Origin: Octopus sinensis
Taxonomy: Eukaryota
Direction: 5' to 3'
Assembly (NCBI RefSeq): GCF_006345805.1
Contig: NC_042998.1
Location: 33,046,001 to 33,110,000 of the forward strand
DNA: 64,000 nt
Positions 25,096-35,890 of this stretch are shown in pieces. The notes beneath the pieces were generated by a model. It ran no database searches, was not told where the DNA came from, and saw only the letters and a program-made list of their open reading frames with translations. Each line of letters opens with the position of its first letter. Position 1 is the stretch's first letter. Position numbers and translations under genes: made by a program.

Positions 25096-25695
25096 AAACT
25101 AGAAAGGTGGGCGCTGCGAAAAGACTCGAGAGATAAGTCCTTCTTATGACATTCCCGACATCGTTCGACAACCGGTTCGTTATTCATCTTTTACTGACGA
25201 AACCAATGTAATTTTGTTCAATTCCGGCCTTCCATACATTGTATATATAAAGAGTGAACGTTATTTGTAAATTTGGAAATGAACCATGCATGTAACTATG
25301 ATGTTATGGTGATCTGATAAGCTAGTTTGCTTTATTTGCATTAATTTGTGAATATACAATTGTATTGTACAATACATATTAATGCAAACGTGTGCGCATA
25401 ATTTCTTGTACACTGAAATTAATACTACACGTAGGAAGCAGCGAAAGGGTCGTAATCCTATAGACGTTACGTAGTTATCATCTCTCATACCACCTGACTT
25501 ATTATATACCACTCAAAGAACTATTTTATTAGTCGAATTTTCTGGATTTTCAGTTACACGAAAAATTTACGTCACTCTACTTTGTGCTTAATTACTATAC
25601 GGATTGATAGCCAATTCCAGTCGAGGAACTTACTGTGAAAGCCCCAGGATTTTCTGAATCCATATCTTATACTACTCATTTACATGTGTACGTAC

Positions 25696-25726
<31 letters not shown>

Positions 25727-25921
25727 TGTATGTATGTATGTATATGTATGTATGTATGTATGTATGCATCTGTGTATGTACGTATGCATGCATGCAAGAA
25801 CGCATCTACGTGCGTACATGTGTATATACGTATGTATGTAAGTATGTTTTTTTGTTTTTGTTTTTGTTTTTCCAGTTTCAGCTCTTGAGCTGTGGCCATG
25901 CTGGGGCACCGCCATTGTGGT

Positions 25922-26078
25922 GAAAGAGTACAGCAGGGATGACCACCCCCTGCCGGAGCCTCGTAGAGCTTTTAGGTGTTTTCGCTCAATAAACACACAC
26001 AACGCCCGGTCTGAGAATCGAAACCGCGATCCTGCGACCGCGAGTCCGCTGCCCTAACCACTAGGCTATTGCGCCTCT
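25922..26078 (-). mobile_element. SINE family C, 5' part
   Basis: tRNA-like head gaggcgcaatagcctagtggttagggcagcgg. Confidence 0.8.
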
Positions 26079-26104
26079 ATGTATTTATTTATTTATACAT
26101 GCAT

Positions 26105-26742
26105 GCATGTATGTATGTAAATGTGTAGATTTGTATGTTTTGTTTTATGTATGTATTCTCATGCATATATTTGCATATCTAGACATGCTCATAAATGCTT
26201 AAATTCTACAGTTTCAGTTAATGGCATTCTCCATTCTGGTTTTGAGAAGCCTAATTCCTCAAGACTGGTATTTAGGCTGTGGGTTACATATCCTAGTGTC
26301 CCAATAATTACAGGTATAAACCTGAAATTGTAATCTTGCATACTCTTTGCATATAGTTTCAAGTCATCCACAAAGAAACGGTGTGTAATTTTAGTATTGC
26401 TGTCTCCTTGTGAACCAGTGAGATATCCTTCAGACTTCCTTAACATGAATGACAAGGGGTTTACAGAAAGTACGAACAATATCTGAGAGAGGCTGTCCTC
26501 TTGGAATATGCCTCTGTGATACTATATACTATCAGTGATATTGCAGTCACTTGTTGAGCTTCAGTTCAAGATAGTGGCCCACGATGAAGTCAGGTTAGCT
26601 ATGGCTTTGACTGTGCTCACTGGAACTCTTGCAAATCGAAGGGCTTCTAGCATCCATGAGTGGGAGAGTCAAAGGCTTTCTTGTAATCTAGCCACATTGA
26701 AACTAGGCTCCTTCTATGCTCCTGCACCTCTGACATTATAGT
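26105..26742 (-). mobile_element. Internally deleted REL (R4/Dong/CRE-like) LINE: RT motifs fused to endonuclease C-terminus
   Basis: WLDYKKAFDS, RGIFQEDSLS, FVLSVNPLSFML, FFVDDLKLYA, then directly YNFRFIPVIIGTLGYV...LGFSKPE. (CATA)n-like flanks. Confidence 0.85.
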
Positions 26743-26756
26743 TTGTATGTACGTAT

Positions 26757-26953
26757 GTGTGTACCGTTGGCGATTTTTTTCCCTCTGTCTTCCCTTCTCT
26801 GGATCTTTCCTTCTCCTATGTTTCCGACGAAGAGCTCCGCTCGAAACGTTAAACCCTCCTTCTTCCCTTCTTTCCTGAGCGTCCAATAATACTATATTTG
26901 TTCCATGTCTTCGCGTTGTTGTGTTTTTTTGTGTTTTCTTGTTTGGATTAACT
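26757..26953 (+). mobile_element. ~200-bp non-coding PLE-type repeat carrying a minimal hammerhead (26820-26854)
   Basis: GTTT CCGACGA A GAGC tcc GCTC GAAA CG TT AAAC. Homologous copies at 34090-34288, 36881-37078 and 47235-47328. Confidence 0.75.
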
Positions 26954-27794
26954 TTATGTATGTATGTATGTATGCATGTATGTATGTATGTATGTATGTA
27001 TGTATGTATGTATGTATGTATATGTATGTGTGTATGTATGTAAGTATATGTATGTATGTATGTATGTATGTCAGGTCACTTTCGAGTGCTACTGGTAACA
27101 TGTAACCCAGTACGTACGTATATACATGTATCTATCAATGTGTGTCTATGAATGTGTGAGTATTTGTGTCCCATACTATCACTTTGCAACCGGTGTTGCC
27201 GTGTTTCAATCCACTTAACCAAGCGGTTCAGCAAAACACACTGGGAGCATAAATACTCGAGTCGATATGTCCGACTAAGCCCTTTAATGTGGTCTCCCCG
27301 TATGTCCGCCTTTCTATAACTGCAACAAGTAAAAGTATTTGCTAAGTTTTTTCTAATTCGGGGCCAATCAAAAGACCAACAGACATTAATAAAATTCTCA
27401 ACACAATATGTATTATTAAAATCAAAATATAAAACGTTAAATACAAAGTTCATAAAGGGAAATAACTTCTGCGTAACAGTGACGTAGTTATTTCCCTTGT
27501 TTCTGACGCTTTTTTTTTTTTTCTTCAAAATATTTTCTTCAGTTTTATCGTTTTCCTTATAAAAGTTAGACATTTTCTTGGAGAACTTTTGTGCAAAGGA
27601 GAATTCTGATAATTAATTATGGTAAAGACGTTCTGCAGAGATGTATTTACTCTAAATAGTAATTTTGTATTTATTGGTCATCTACTTCTTACGTCACCCA
27701 ATTTTTTTTCGTGATTGTATTCTTCCTTTAGTTCTTCGCCAATTGTTTCATCGGTTCAAAGGGAGAAATGAGGACGAAGCCAGGGCGTTTTTTT

Positions 27795-28143
27795 GTTTGT
27801 TTCAGTCATTTGTGGCCATGCTGGAGCACCGCCTTTAGTCGAGGAATTCGATCCCAGGACTTATTCTTTGTAAACCTTTTACTTATTCTATCGGACACTT
27901 TTGCCGAACCGCTAAGTTACGGACATGTAAACACGCCAGTGTCAGTTGTCAAGCGATGTTGGGGAGACAAACACAGATGCACAAACATATACATATATAT
28001 ACGACGGGATTCTTTCAGTTTCCATCTACCAAATCCACTCACAAGGCTATAGTAAATGACACTTGCCCAATGTGCCATGCAGAGGGACTGAACCTGGAAC
28101 CATGTGGATGGTAAGCAAGCTACTTACCACACAGCCACTCCTA
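27795..28143 (-). mobile_element. Full-length SINE family B
   Basis: Matches 42990-43400. Confidence 0.88.
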
Positions 28144-28154
28144 TGTTATGTGTT

Positions 28155-28459
28155 TTTTACTTGTTTCAATTGACCGACTGCGGCCATACTGGGGCACAAG
28201 CATGGAGGGGTTTTGTCGAATAAATCGACCCCTGTCCTTCGTTGTGTGCGCGCGTGCGTATTGGTTTGTTTATTTTTTTGTTTTTATTTACTTTTAAAGT
28301 GTGATACTTATATCGGTCTCTTTTATAAGCAACTAAGCTATGGGACATAAACAAACCGACAGCAGTGGTCAAGTGTGATAGGGGACGAACATAAAGACAT
28401 ACATAGATACAAACATACATACACACACACACGCGCGCATACATACATACATACATACA

Positions 28460-28491
<32 letters not shown>

Positions 28492-28960
28492 CACACACAT
28501 ACATACATACATACATACATACACACACATACATACATACATACACACACACATACAAACATACATGCGTACATACACACACATACCACATGTGTGTGTG
28601 TGAGTGGTGTGTGTATGTGTGTGTGTGGTGCGTGATGTGTGGTGTGTCTGTGTGTGGTGCGTGTGTGTGATGTGTGTATGGTGTGTGAGGTATGTGTGTG
28701 GTGTGTTTGGTGTGTGTGTGTGTGTGTGTGGTGTGTGTTTTGTGTGTGTGTCTATGTGTGTGTGTTCTTTTCTTCTTTTATTCTCTTGCTTTACAGCGCC
28801 CAAGCTGGAGCACTGCCTTCAAAGGTTTCAGTCGAACAAGTCGACTCCGGGACTTATTTTTTGAGTCTAATACTTATCCTCCCGGGGCTTTGGGCGAACC
28901 GCTTATGTAACGGTGCATCAACACATCAACACTGGTTGACAAGAGGTGAGGAGGGAACAG
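28155..28960 (-). mobile_element. Two partial SINE-B 3' halves (28155-28395, 28770-28960) separated by (CATA)n/(TG)n
   Basis: B tail and body motifs on the minus strand twice. Confidence 0.7.
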
Positions 28961-28981
28961 GCACAGACACATATACATACA

Positions 28982-29015
<34 letters not shown>

Positions 29016-29157
29016 ACACACACACACATAATATATAGAAGAATATAAAGATAAAAATCACGTTAATGATTTTTATCAAGTACTCAGCATGCTATAAAAT
29101 TTTATTGGTAATTAATACATTAGATTAATTATAATGTACATATGTATATAATTATAT

Positions 29158-29524
29158 TAAGGGAGCAAGGGCGAAAACGACCTCTCTGCAGCATACTTCA
29201 AATGCCGATACCTCCAAAAAATACCAAAACCTTAGCTAAAATAAATACGTGGCTGAAATGGAGCTAGGGAGAGAAGATTAAATAAGACGTGTGAATTTGC
29301 TTTGTACGCTATGTACTCTTGTTTGGATTTATATTTCCCCCTATCCGTAAATTGTGCTGACGAAGGAAAAAAGTAACTTTATTGCTTTAATCCAGAAATT
29401 GGAACCAATTCACAATTTTTAATATTCAACCACGTGTATATTTTAGCTGGAGTTATTAGTGGTTTTTGAAGGTATCAGCACTTTAAGCATGCTGGGGAAA
29501 GGTCGTTTTCGCCCGATCTCCCTT
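29158..29524. repeat. Foldback cassette with ~65-bp inverted arms around a hammerhead
   Basis: 29158-29225 is ~80% reverse complement of 29459-29524. TA-rich flanks. Confidence 0.8.
29349..29418 (+). ncRNA. Type I hammerhead ribozyme, all three stems present
   Basis: AAATTGTG CTGACGA a GGA-aa-AAAGTAA-cttta-TTGCTTT-aa-TCC a GAAA TTGG-aa-CCAA TT CACAATTT. Stem I 8 bp. Confidence 0.8.
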
Positions 29525-29536
29525 ATATATATACAT

Positions 29537-31690
29537 GTCAAAAGCTATATAAGGGACGACTTAGATATGCTCAATCACCTACCGAATACTATAAACAAAA
29601 ACACCATACTGGTATCCTTCGATGTAGTCAACCTCTACTCCAATATCCCCCACAACCTAGGACTAGAGGCAATCCAATTCTGGCTAGAGAATCACGCCAA
29701 CGAACTACCACACCGCATCAAAAAAGAATTCGTGATAGAAGGGGTTAAATTCATCCTGGAAAATAACTTCTTCGCCTTCAATGACAACTTCTACCGACAA
29801 AAATCGGGGACTGCGATGGGTACACGAATGCCCCCTCCTTTGCCAACCTAGTCATAGGATACCTAGAAATCAGTCTGTATCGTAAGGTTCTAGAAAGATA
29901 TGGCAGCCCTTTCTCCATCTACATAGAAAACAACTGGAAAGAATATCTAGATGACTGTTTCATTCTTTGGCATAAAAATATAGAAAAACTCATAGAATTC
30001 CAGGAAATTTTAAACGGACTGGACGTAAACATCCAATTCATGATGGAATATAGCCAGCAACAACTCCCCTTCCTCGATATCCTCATTAAGAAAGCTAATA
30101 ATATAATAGAAACAGACATATACTATAAGCCTACAGACTCTAAGCAATATCTTCCATTCAATCATGCCACCCCAGACACACCAGGGAATATCCCCTTCAA
30201 TCTAGCAAAAAGGATATGCACTATAGTCTCTAACGCAAACACCAGAGACACACGACTACAAGAACTAAAAGATACCCTTATCACCAGGAACTATCCACCT
30301 TCACTTATTGACAAGTGCATTCAACGTGCCCTTCAACTTAACATCAAGGAACTGAGACATCCCAAATCAAAGAAAAACTTACAACCAAAAGCCTTACCAT
30401 ACATCTCCACACAAACCCTCTCAATAACGAAGCCTTCGGCACCATCCTCCACAACATACCCCTCCTAAAAAAAGACCACAGAATGAACACAATCCTCCAA
30501 AACACACACGATCATAAAAAGCAAAAGACAGCCTAGATCCATGAAAAGTCTCCTAACACAAGCCCGAATTCACTCTTCAACACAGAAGCCGACAGTAAAA
30601 AAATGTGGAAGACCCAATTGCGGGATATGCGACTATCTAATTGAGGGATCAGAGTTCTCCTTCAAACAGGGACAACGGTTTACAGTGAAAAGGCAACTTC
30701 ACATGTGCTTCGGAGAACCTAATATACTCACTAACCTGCTCGGGGTGTCAAGAGCAGTACATAGGCCAACAAAAAATGGTTTGCGTAAACGAATGGCCCT
30801 GCACAGATCCCAGATAAAAATTCCCCAAAACAGAAAAATAGCTTTTAGCCAACACATAGATACTTGCGCCAACAAAAAAACACCAAACTTCAGGATTTTC
30901 CCCCTCTACCAATTTAGGGACGATACAACCTCGAGACAACGAATAAGTAAAGAAAATCTCTTTATTATAAAATACAGGCCACTTCTTAACGGGTCTACGA
31001 CAAACAATTAATATACCTCAACTTTAGAATAAAAGAAATATATACACACACAAATATTACATTCCATAGAATCCATTACTAATCAGCCCCATCACAGCTA
31101 TACCTTCACCCATTCATATTCTCCCTTCTCTGTTTTTTTCTTCTTCTTCCTCTTCTTCTTCATCATCATCATTATCATCATCATCGTCGTCATCGTCATC
31201 ACCACCATCATCATCGTCATCTTCTCCTTCTTCTTCTTCTTCTTCATCATCATCATCATCAACATCGTCATCTTCTTCTTCTTCTACTTCTCCACCTTCT
31301 ACCCCTTAACCTTGTCACTAATGTCTTTAAGTATAACGCCTACGCAAAATTCAGAAAACAATTCCTGAATTCAACTGCGACTGCCGGTCGCCACTGACCA
31401 GCCCAGATTTTCCCACTCCCACCCCTCTCCACATCAGCCTCCTTCTTCTTCTCCTACCTACCAAGAACTCACAACGACCTCGAATACACAAGTGCAAACA
31501 AGGGAGTCAGAGAAGGCAGAATGCCACCTATATCTGAACAACTTACTATGGAAGTATTCCTTTAAAAAACTTTTCTTCTAATTTTTCTAAATTTAATTAT
31601 TTAATCGTTACGTTGAAAAGGTCTCAAAATGACCGAAACCGGTACTGAAAGATTCACTATAAAATCATCTTAGCATTTTCTATTTTTGAC
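29537..31690 (+). mobile_element. Penelope-like element: RT plus GIY-YIG (frameshifted), Cys-rich linker as in Neptune-type PLEs, 3' terminal repeat
   Basis: LVSFDVVNLYSNIP, QKSGTAMG, YLDD, LPFLD, CGRPNCGIC, GLRKRMALHRSQI, KYRPLLN. Terminal region holds a degenerate hammerhead at 31603-31654. Confidence 0.92.
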
Positions 31691-31699
31691 TTTTTTCAT

Positions 31700-31785
<86 letters not shown>

Positions 31786-31792
31786 CTACCAA

Positions 31793-31950
31793 ATGGGACC
31801 AGACGCAAAACATCCGGACAACTAGATGATACAAAAAGGGACAACAAAACATCCAGACAGACGATGACCCGTCCTTATTTTTTGTATCGCCTATCTGGAT
31901 GTTTTGTTGCCCCTTTTTGTATCACCTAGTTGTCCGGATGTTTTGCGTTC
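31793..31950. repeat. Tail-to-tail inverted duplication (65-bp arms, ~20-bp spacer) of a repeat also at 46755-46920
   Basis: agacgcaaaacatccggacaactag...cagacagacgat versus its reverse complement at 31885-31950. Confidence 0.85.
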
Positions 31951-32290
31951 TGGGATCCCAGCAATGCCATCACGCTTCAGGACCAGCTTCCGCAACAGCC
32001 TGGGTTTCAAGGGCCCACAGCTTTTTAATATTCTCCCAAAGAGTCTGAGGAACTTGCACAAAGTAGATGTAGCGCTTTTTAAATCAAAGCTGGACATCTT
32101 CCTGTCAAGAGTCCCAGATGAACCTACCTCACGGCAAGAGGTGCAAATGAGAGTAGCTGTATCAAACTTCATTCTTCACCAAGTGCCACATATTAGACGA
32201 GGTTCGTCGTAATAACAGTGTAACACAAAACGGCGGTGCATCAGCATGGCCGCAGCTCTGAGTGCTGAAACTAGAAAAAAATAAAAAATA
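31945..32290 (+). mobile_element. 3' end of CR1/L2-like LINE (opposite orientation to its body)
   Basis: IPAMPSRFRTSFRNSLGFKGPQLFNILPKSLRN...FKSKLDIFLSRVPDEP, tail ggcggtgcatcagcatggccgcagc...gctgaaactagaaaa. Confidence 0.88.
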
Positions 32291-32365
32291 AAAAATATAT
32301 ATATATATATATATATATAGCGGCGTACGTACACTTCTCTTATATGTAAGTACACATTTTTTATA

Positions 32366-32397
<32 letters not shown>

Positions 32398-32404
32398 TGT
32401 ATAT

Positions 32405-34020
32405 GCGCCGTTCTGAATTTGTGTAAATTTCAATGCCTAAATTTGGTACTAGGCCTTCCACGATTTGCCAGATGCATATCGCTGCATATCTTTCCCGCCT
32501 TCGTTCTAAGGAGAAAAGTTTTAACCTTTTCAGTCTTTCCCAGTAGCTGATACGTTGAAGTGAGACGATTTTTTTACGTGTAGCTTCGTTGGATTCCTTC
32601 GAGTTCCGCCGTTAATCTTATATTGTGTGGTCACCATACTCGGAAGAAGTAGTCCAAGCGGCTGAGCACGTATGCCCTCCACAGGATTGTTATTTTCTCC
32701 TTTTCTCTTGTTTTGAAGTTCGGAGGATCCATCCAACTAGCCGTCTGCATTTTATTACCAAATTGGTAATATGCAACTGAAAAGATGCATCATTGCTGAT
32801 GTCAGTGTCCAGGTCATGCACTGATTTTGAATCAGAGATTGCAATTCCTTCTGGGCCAGTGTATCCTGTTTGCATGTCGTTCAGCTTTGTGTGCTGGTAG
32901 CGCAGGGTTTGGAATTTTCCTGCATTTCACTGCATGCTGTTGTCCTCAGTCCACCTGTATATTGCGACCAACTCCCGTTGCAGATGCGCAATATTTCCAG
33001 GATTTTGAGGCGGCGAGCTGGCAGAAACGTTAGCACGCCGGGTGAAATGCATAGCGGTATTTCATCTGTCTTATGTTCTGAGTTCAAATTCCGCCGAGGT
33101 CGAATTTACCTTTCATCCTTTCGGGGTCGATAAATTAAGTACCAGTTACGCACTGGGGTCGATATAATCGACTTAATTCGTCTGTCTGTCCTTGTTTGTC
33201 TCCTCTATGTTTAGCCCCTTGTGGGTAGTAAATAAATTGGTATTTAATCTGTCTTTATGTTCTGAGTTCAAATTCCGCCGAGGTCGAATTTGCCTTTCAT
33301 CCTTTCGGGGCCGATAAATTAAATACCAGTTGCGTGCTGGTATTTAATCGATCTAACCGACTGGACCCCCTCCCCAAAAATTTCGGGCCTTGTGCCTAGA
33401 GTACAAAATAATTTTTCCAGGATTTTGTATTGTCTGAGAGACTTTGGTATCATCTGCATAGCTAGCAAGGGTGGCTATCTGAGCACCGGAGGGGATGTCC
33501 GAGAGGGCCACTATGTATAGCAGTGGCCCTAAGACAGTGTTTCCTTTGAGGTGGCTCCATTGGCCACCACTGCCTGACATCTATCTTTTAGGAAGTTGTG
33601 CAGCCATTATCCAAGTTTTCTGACTGTGCGGAGATCACAGTTTGTGACATATTATACCATGGTCAAAGGCTTTTGCAAAATCGACATTTATCACATCCAC
33701 ACTTGAGTCATTTGGCAGTTATTTCAACACCCAATCGTAATGTTGCAAGAGCTGCGTCAGGCAGCTGGTCGAAATCCATGCTGAATGTCAGTTAGCAAGT
33801 AATTTTCCTCAAGGAACGCGATTAGTTTCTTGTGAACTATTCGTTCCAAGACTTTGCTGATGTGTGAGGTCAGAGAGATATATCTATAGTCTTTATCATC
33901 TGCTCTGCTTCTTCCCTTATGGATAGAGCACATTATCTCTTCCTTCAGTTTGTTTGGGAGCATGCCACTTGCAAAACAGCTCTGATAAAGAAGCTGCAGT
34001 GGTATTTTATGCTGTTTTCG
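32405..34020 (-). mobile_element. CR1/L2-like LINE RT region, decayed, interrupted by a SINE-A dimer
   Basis: YRYISLTSHISKVLER, QHGFR, DFAKAFD, VLGPLLY, YADDTKV, CRRLVGWILRT, LEGLVPN. Frame resumes across the SINE. Confidence 0.9.
33008..33413 (+). mobile_element. Chimeric SINE-A dimer: full A1 plus headless A2
   Basis: 14-bp TSD TTTCCAGGATTTTG at 32994-33007 and 33414-33427. Second unit starts ggtattt at ~33239. Confidence 0.92.
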
Positions 34021-34089
34021 TGTGTATAATATATATATATATATTATATATATATCTATATATATATATATATATATATCAAAACGTAA

Positions 34090-34283
34090 CCACATGTGAC
34101 TCGTTGGCGATTTGCTTCCTCCGTATTCCCTTCTATTAGACTTTCCTCTGTTTCCGAAGAAGAGTCTTTGCTCGAAATGTTAAACCATCTTTCTTTCCTT
34201 CCCCGAGCGTCTGCTAATACATTACATGTACCACGTCCTCGCGTTGTTGTTGTTTTTTTATGTGTTTGCTCTTTTTGAGATTT

Positions 34284-34288
<5 letters not shown>
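34090..34288 (+). mobile_element. Copy of the 200-bp hammerhead-bearing repeat (motif 34150-34185)
   Basis: GTTT CCGAAGA A GAGT cttt GCTC GAAA TG TT AAAC. (TA)n on both sides. Confidence 0.75.
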
Positions 34289-34322
<34 letters not shown>

Positions 34323-34712
34323 TTATAAGTTAAGGATATAATCATGAAAATGATTATATCAATGGACTAGCGTATAAAATGGAATGTATACGCGGGAAAT
34401 GCATGTATATGTTGGTATCTACGAGTGGATTTATCGGTATGTGCATGTATTTCTTGGTGTATTTCCACTGAGGATTGCAAAGCATCAAATCTTGCGATAC
34501 AGAAATATCCGAAACTTTGTAAATCTTTTTGCTCATTTCCTTGCATTCGACCTATGGCTTATATGTAGAGAACAAATTTAGAGTGGATTGTAGGCATTTC
34601 ACATCTACTTCTATCGTAGGCGCTGACATTCTAGAGCCCTTAATTATAATTATATTCATAATTATATACTCAAAAATTAATATATATGTGTGAGTGTGTG
34701 TGTGTGTGTGTG

Positions 34713-34746
<34 letters not shown>

Positions 34747-35858
34747 ATTTATACTTATATATATAGACAATTCGAGGATGTTAGATCGACAATTAGGGAT
34801 TACTCCATATAGCTGAAAATTATTCCAATTCTTAGAATATGACCAAATGCTTAAAATTATGTATCACCTAGGGCATGAACCGAAACATATATGTAGGGTT
34901 TTGGCATCTGCCATTACTTTTTGAACTTTACAGCTTATAATTTATTTGTATTGTTGTGATAAAATATTTTAACATCTTTATATCATGCAAATAAATTATT
35001 TATACATCCATAATTCTCCATTTTCTTTCATTAAACACACACACACACACACATGTATATATATATAAATGAATTTACCAACTGACACAGTAGCAGAATG
35101 ACTGTAAATGTTTTTACTCCGAGGATTTTAAACTATGTTACATCATTCTAAATAGCCTGTATTTTGAAGTTCATGAATTCTTCTGGCGAAAACGGTTTCT
35201 TTACAAAGATGTAATGTTTTAATAAATAATAAATAAATGTATTAATCCAACTGACATGGAATATTAATTTTTTATGGATTACAATAGGTAAGGACTACAA
35301 AAACTTTTTATCAGAATTTGCATAAAAAATTGGATTAAGCCCTTTGGCAGCGTGGCGGATTTGGGCAAGTTTATAGGTCAAAAAATAAAAAATAGATAGG
35401 TCAATAATTATAGAAACAATGCAAGCATGCAAGCAAGGCGGTCGGAAACGTATAAAAAAATTAAATCTCTTTAAGTCTGGAAATATAAAATATTACAAAT
35501 GTTATAAATTCTGTAGATCTATAAAATAAAGTTTACAAATGAGTTTGGTTTGGAAGAAGGTGGGGTTTTAATGATTTTGTGAAATTTGTCAGCGAAAAAG
35601 TGTCTTTTAGCTTTCGTGGCAAAATATTATTCCATGTGTTCATACTGTTATAAATAAATCATTTTTGACAAATTGATACTCGACAAAAGGGCGTCTCAAA
35701 ATTCAAGTCAGCGATAAATCTTGTTTTTGTTAGTTATTAGGGAGAGAATGGCGACGGGTCATTTCATAGAAATATGTATGGCGGTGATGATGAAATATTT
35801 TGTGGAACTTGATGGCAGAGATGTGTATACATATATGTAATATATACACACACATATA

Positions 35859-35890
<32 letters not shown>

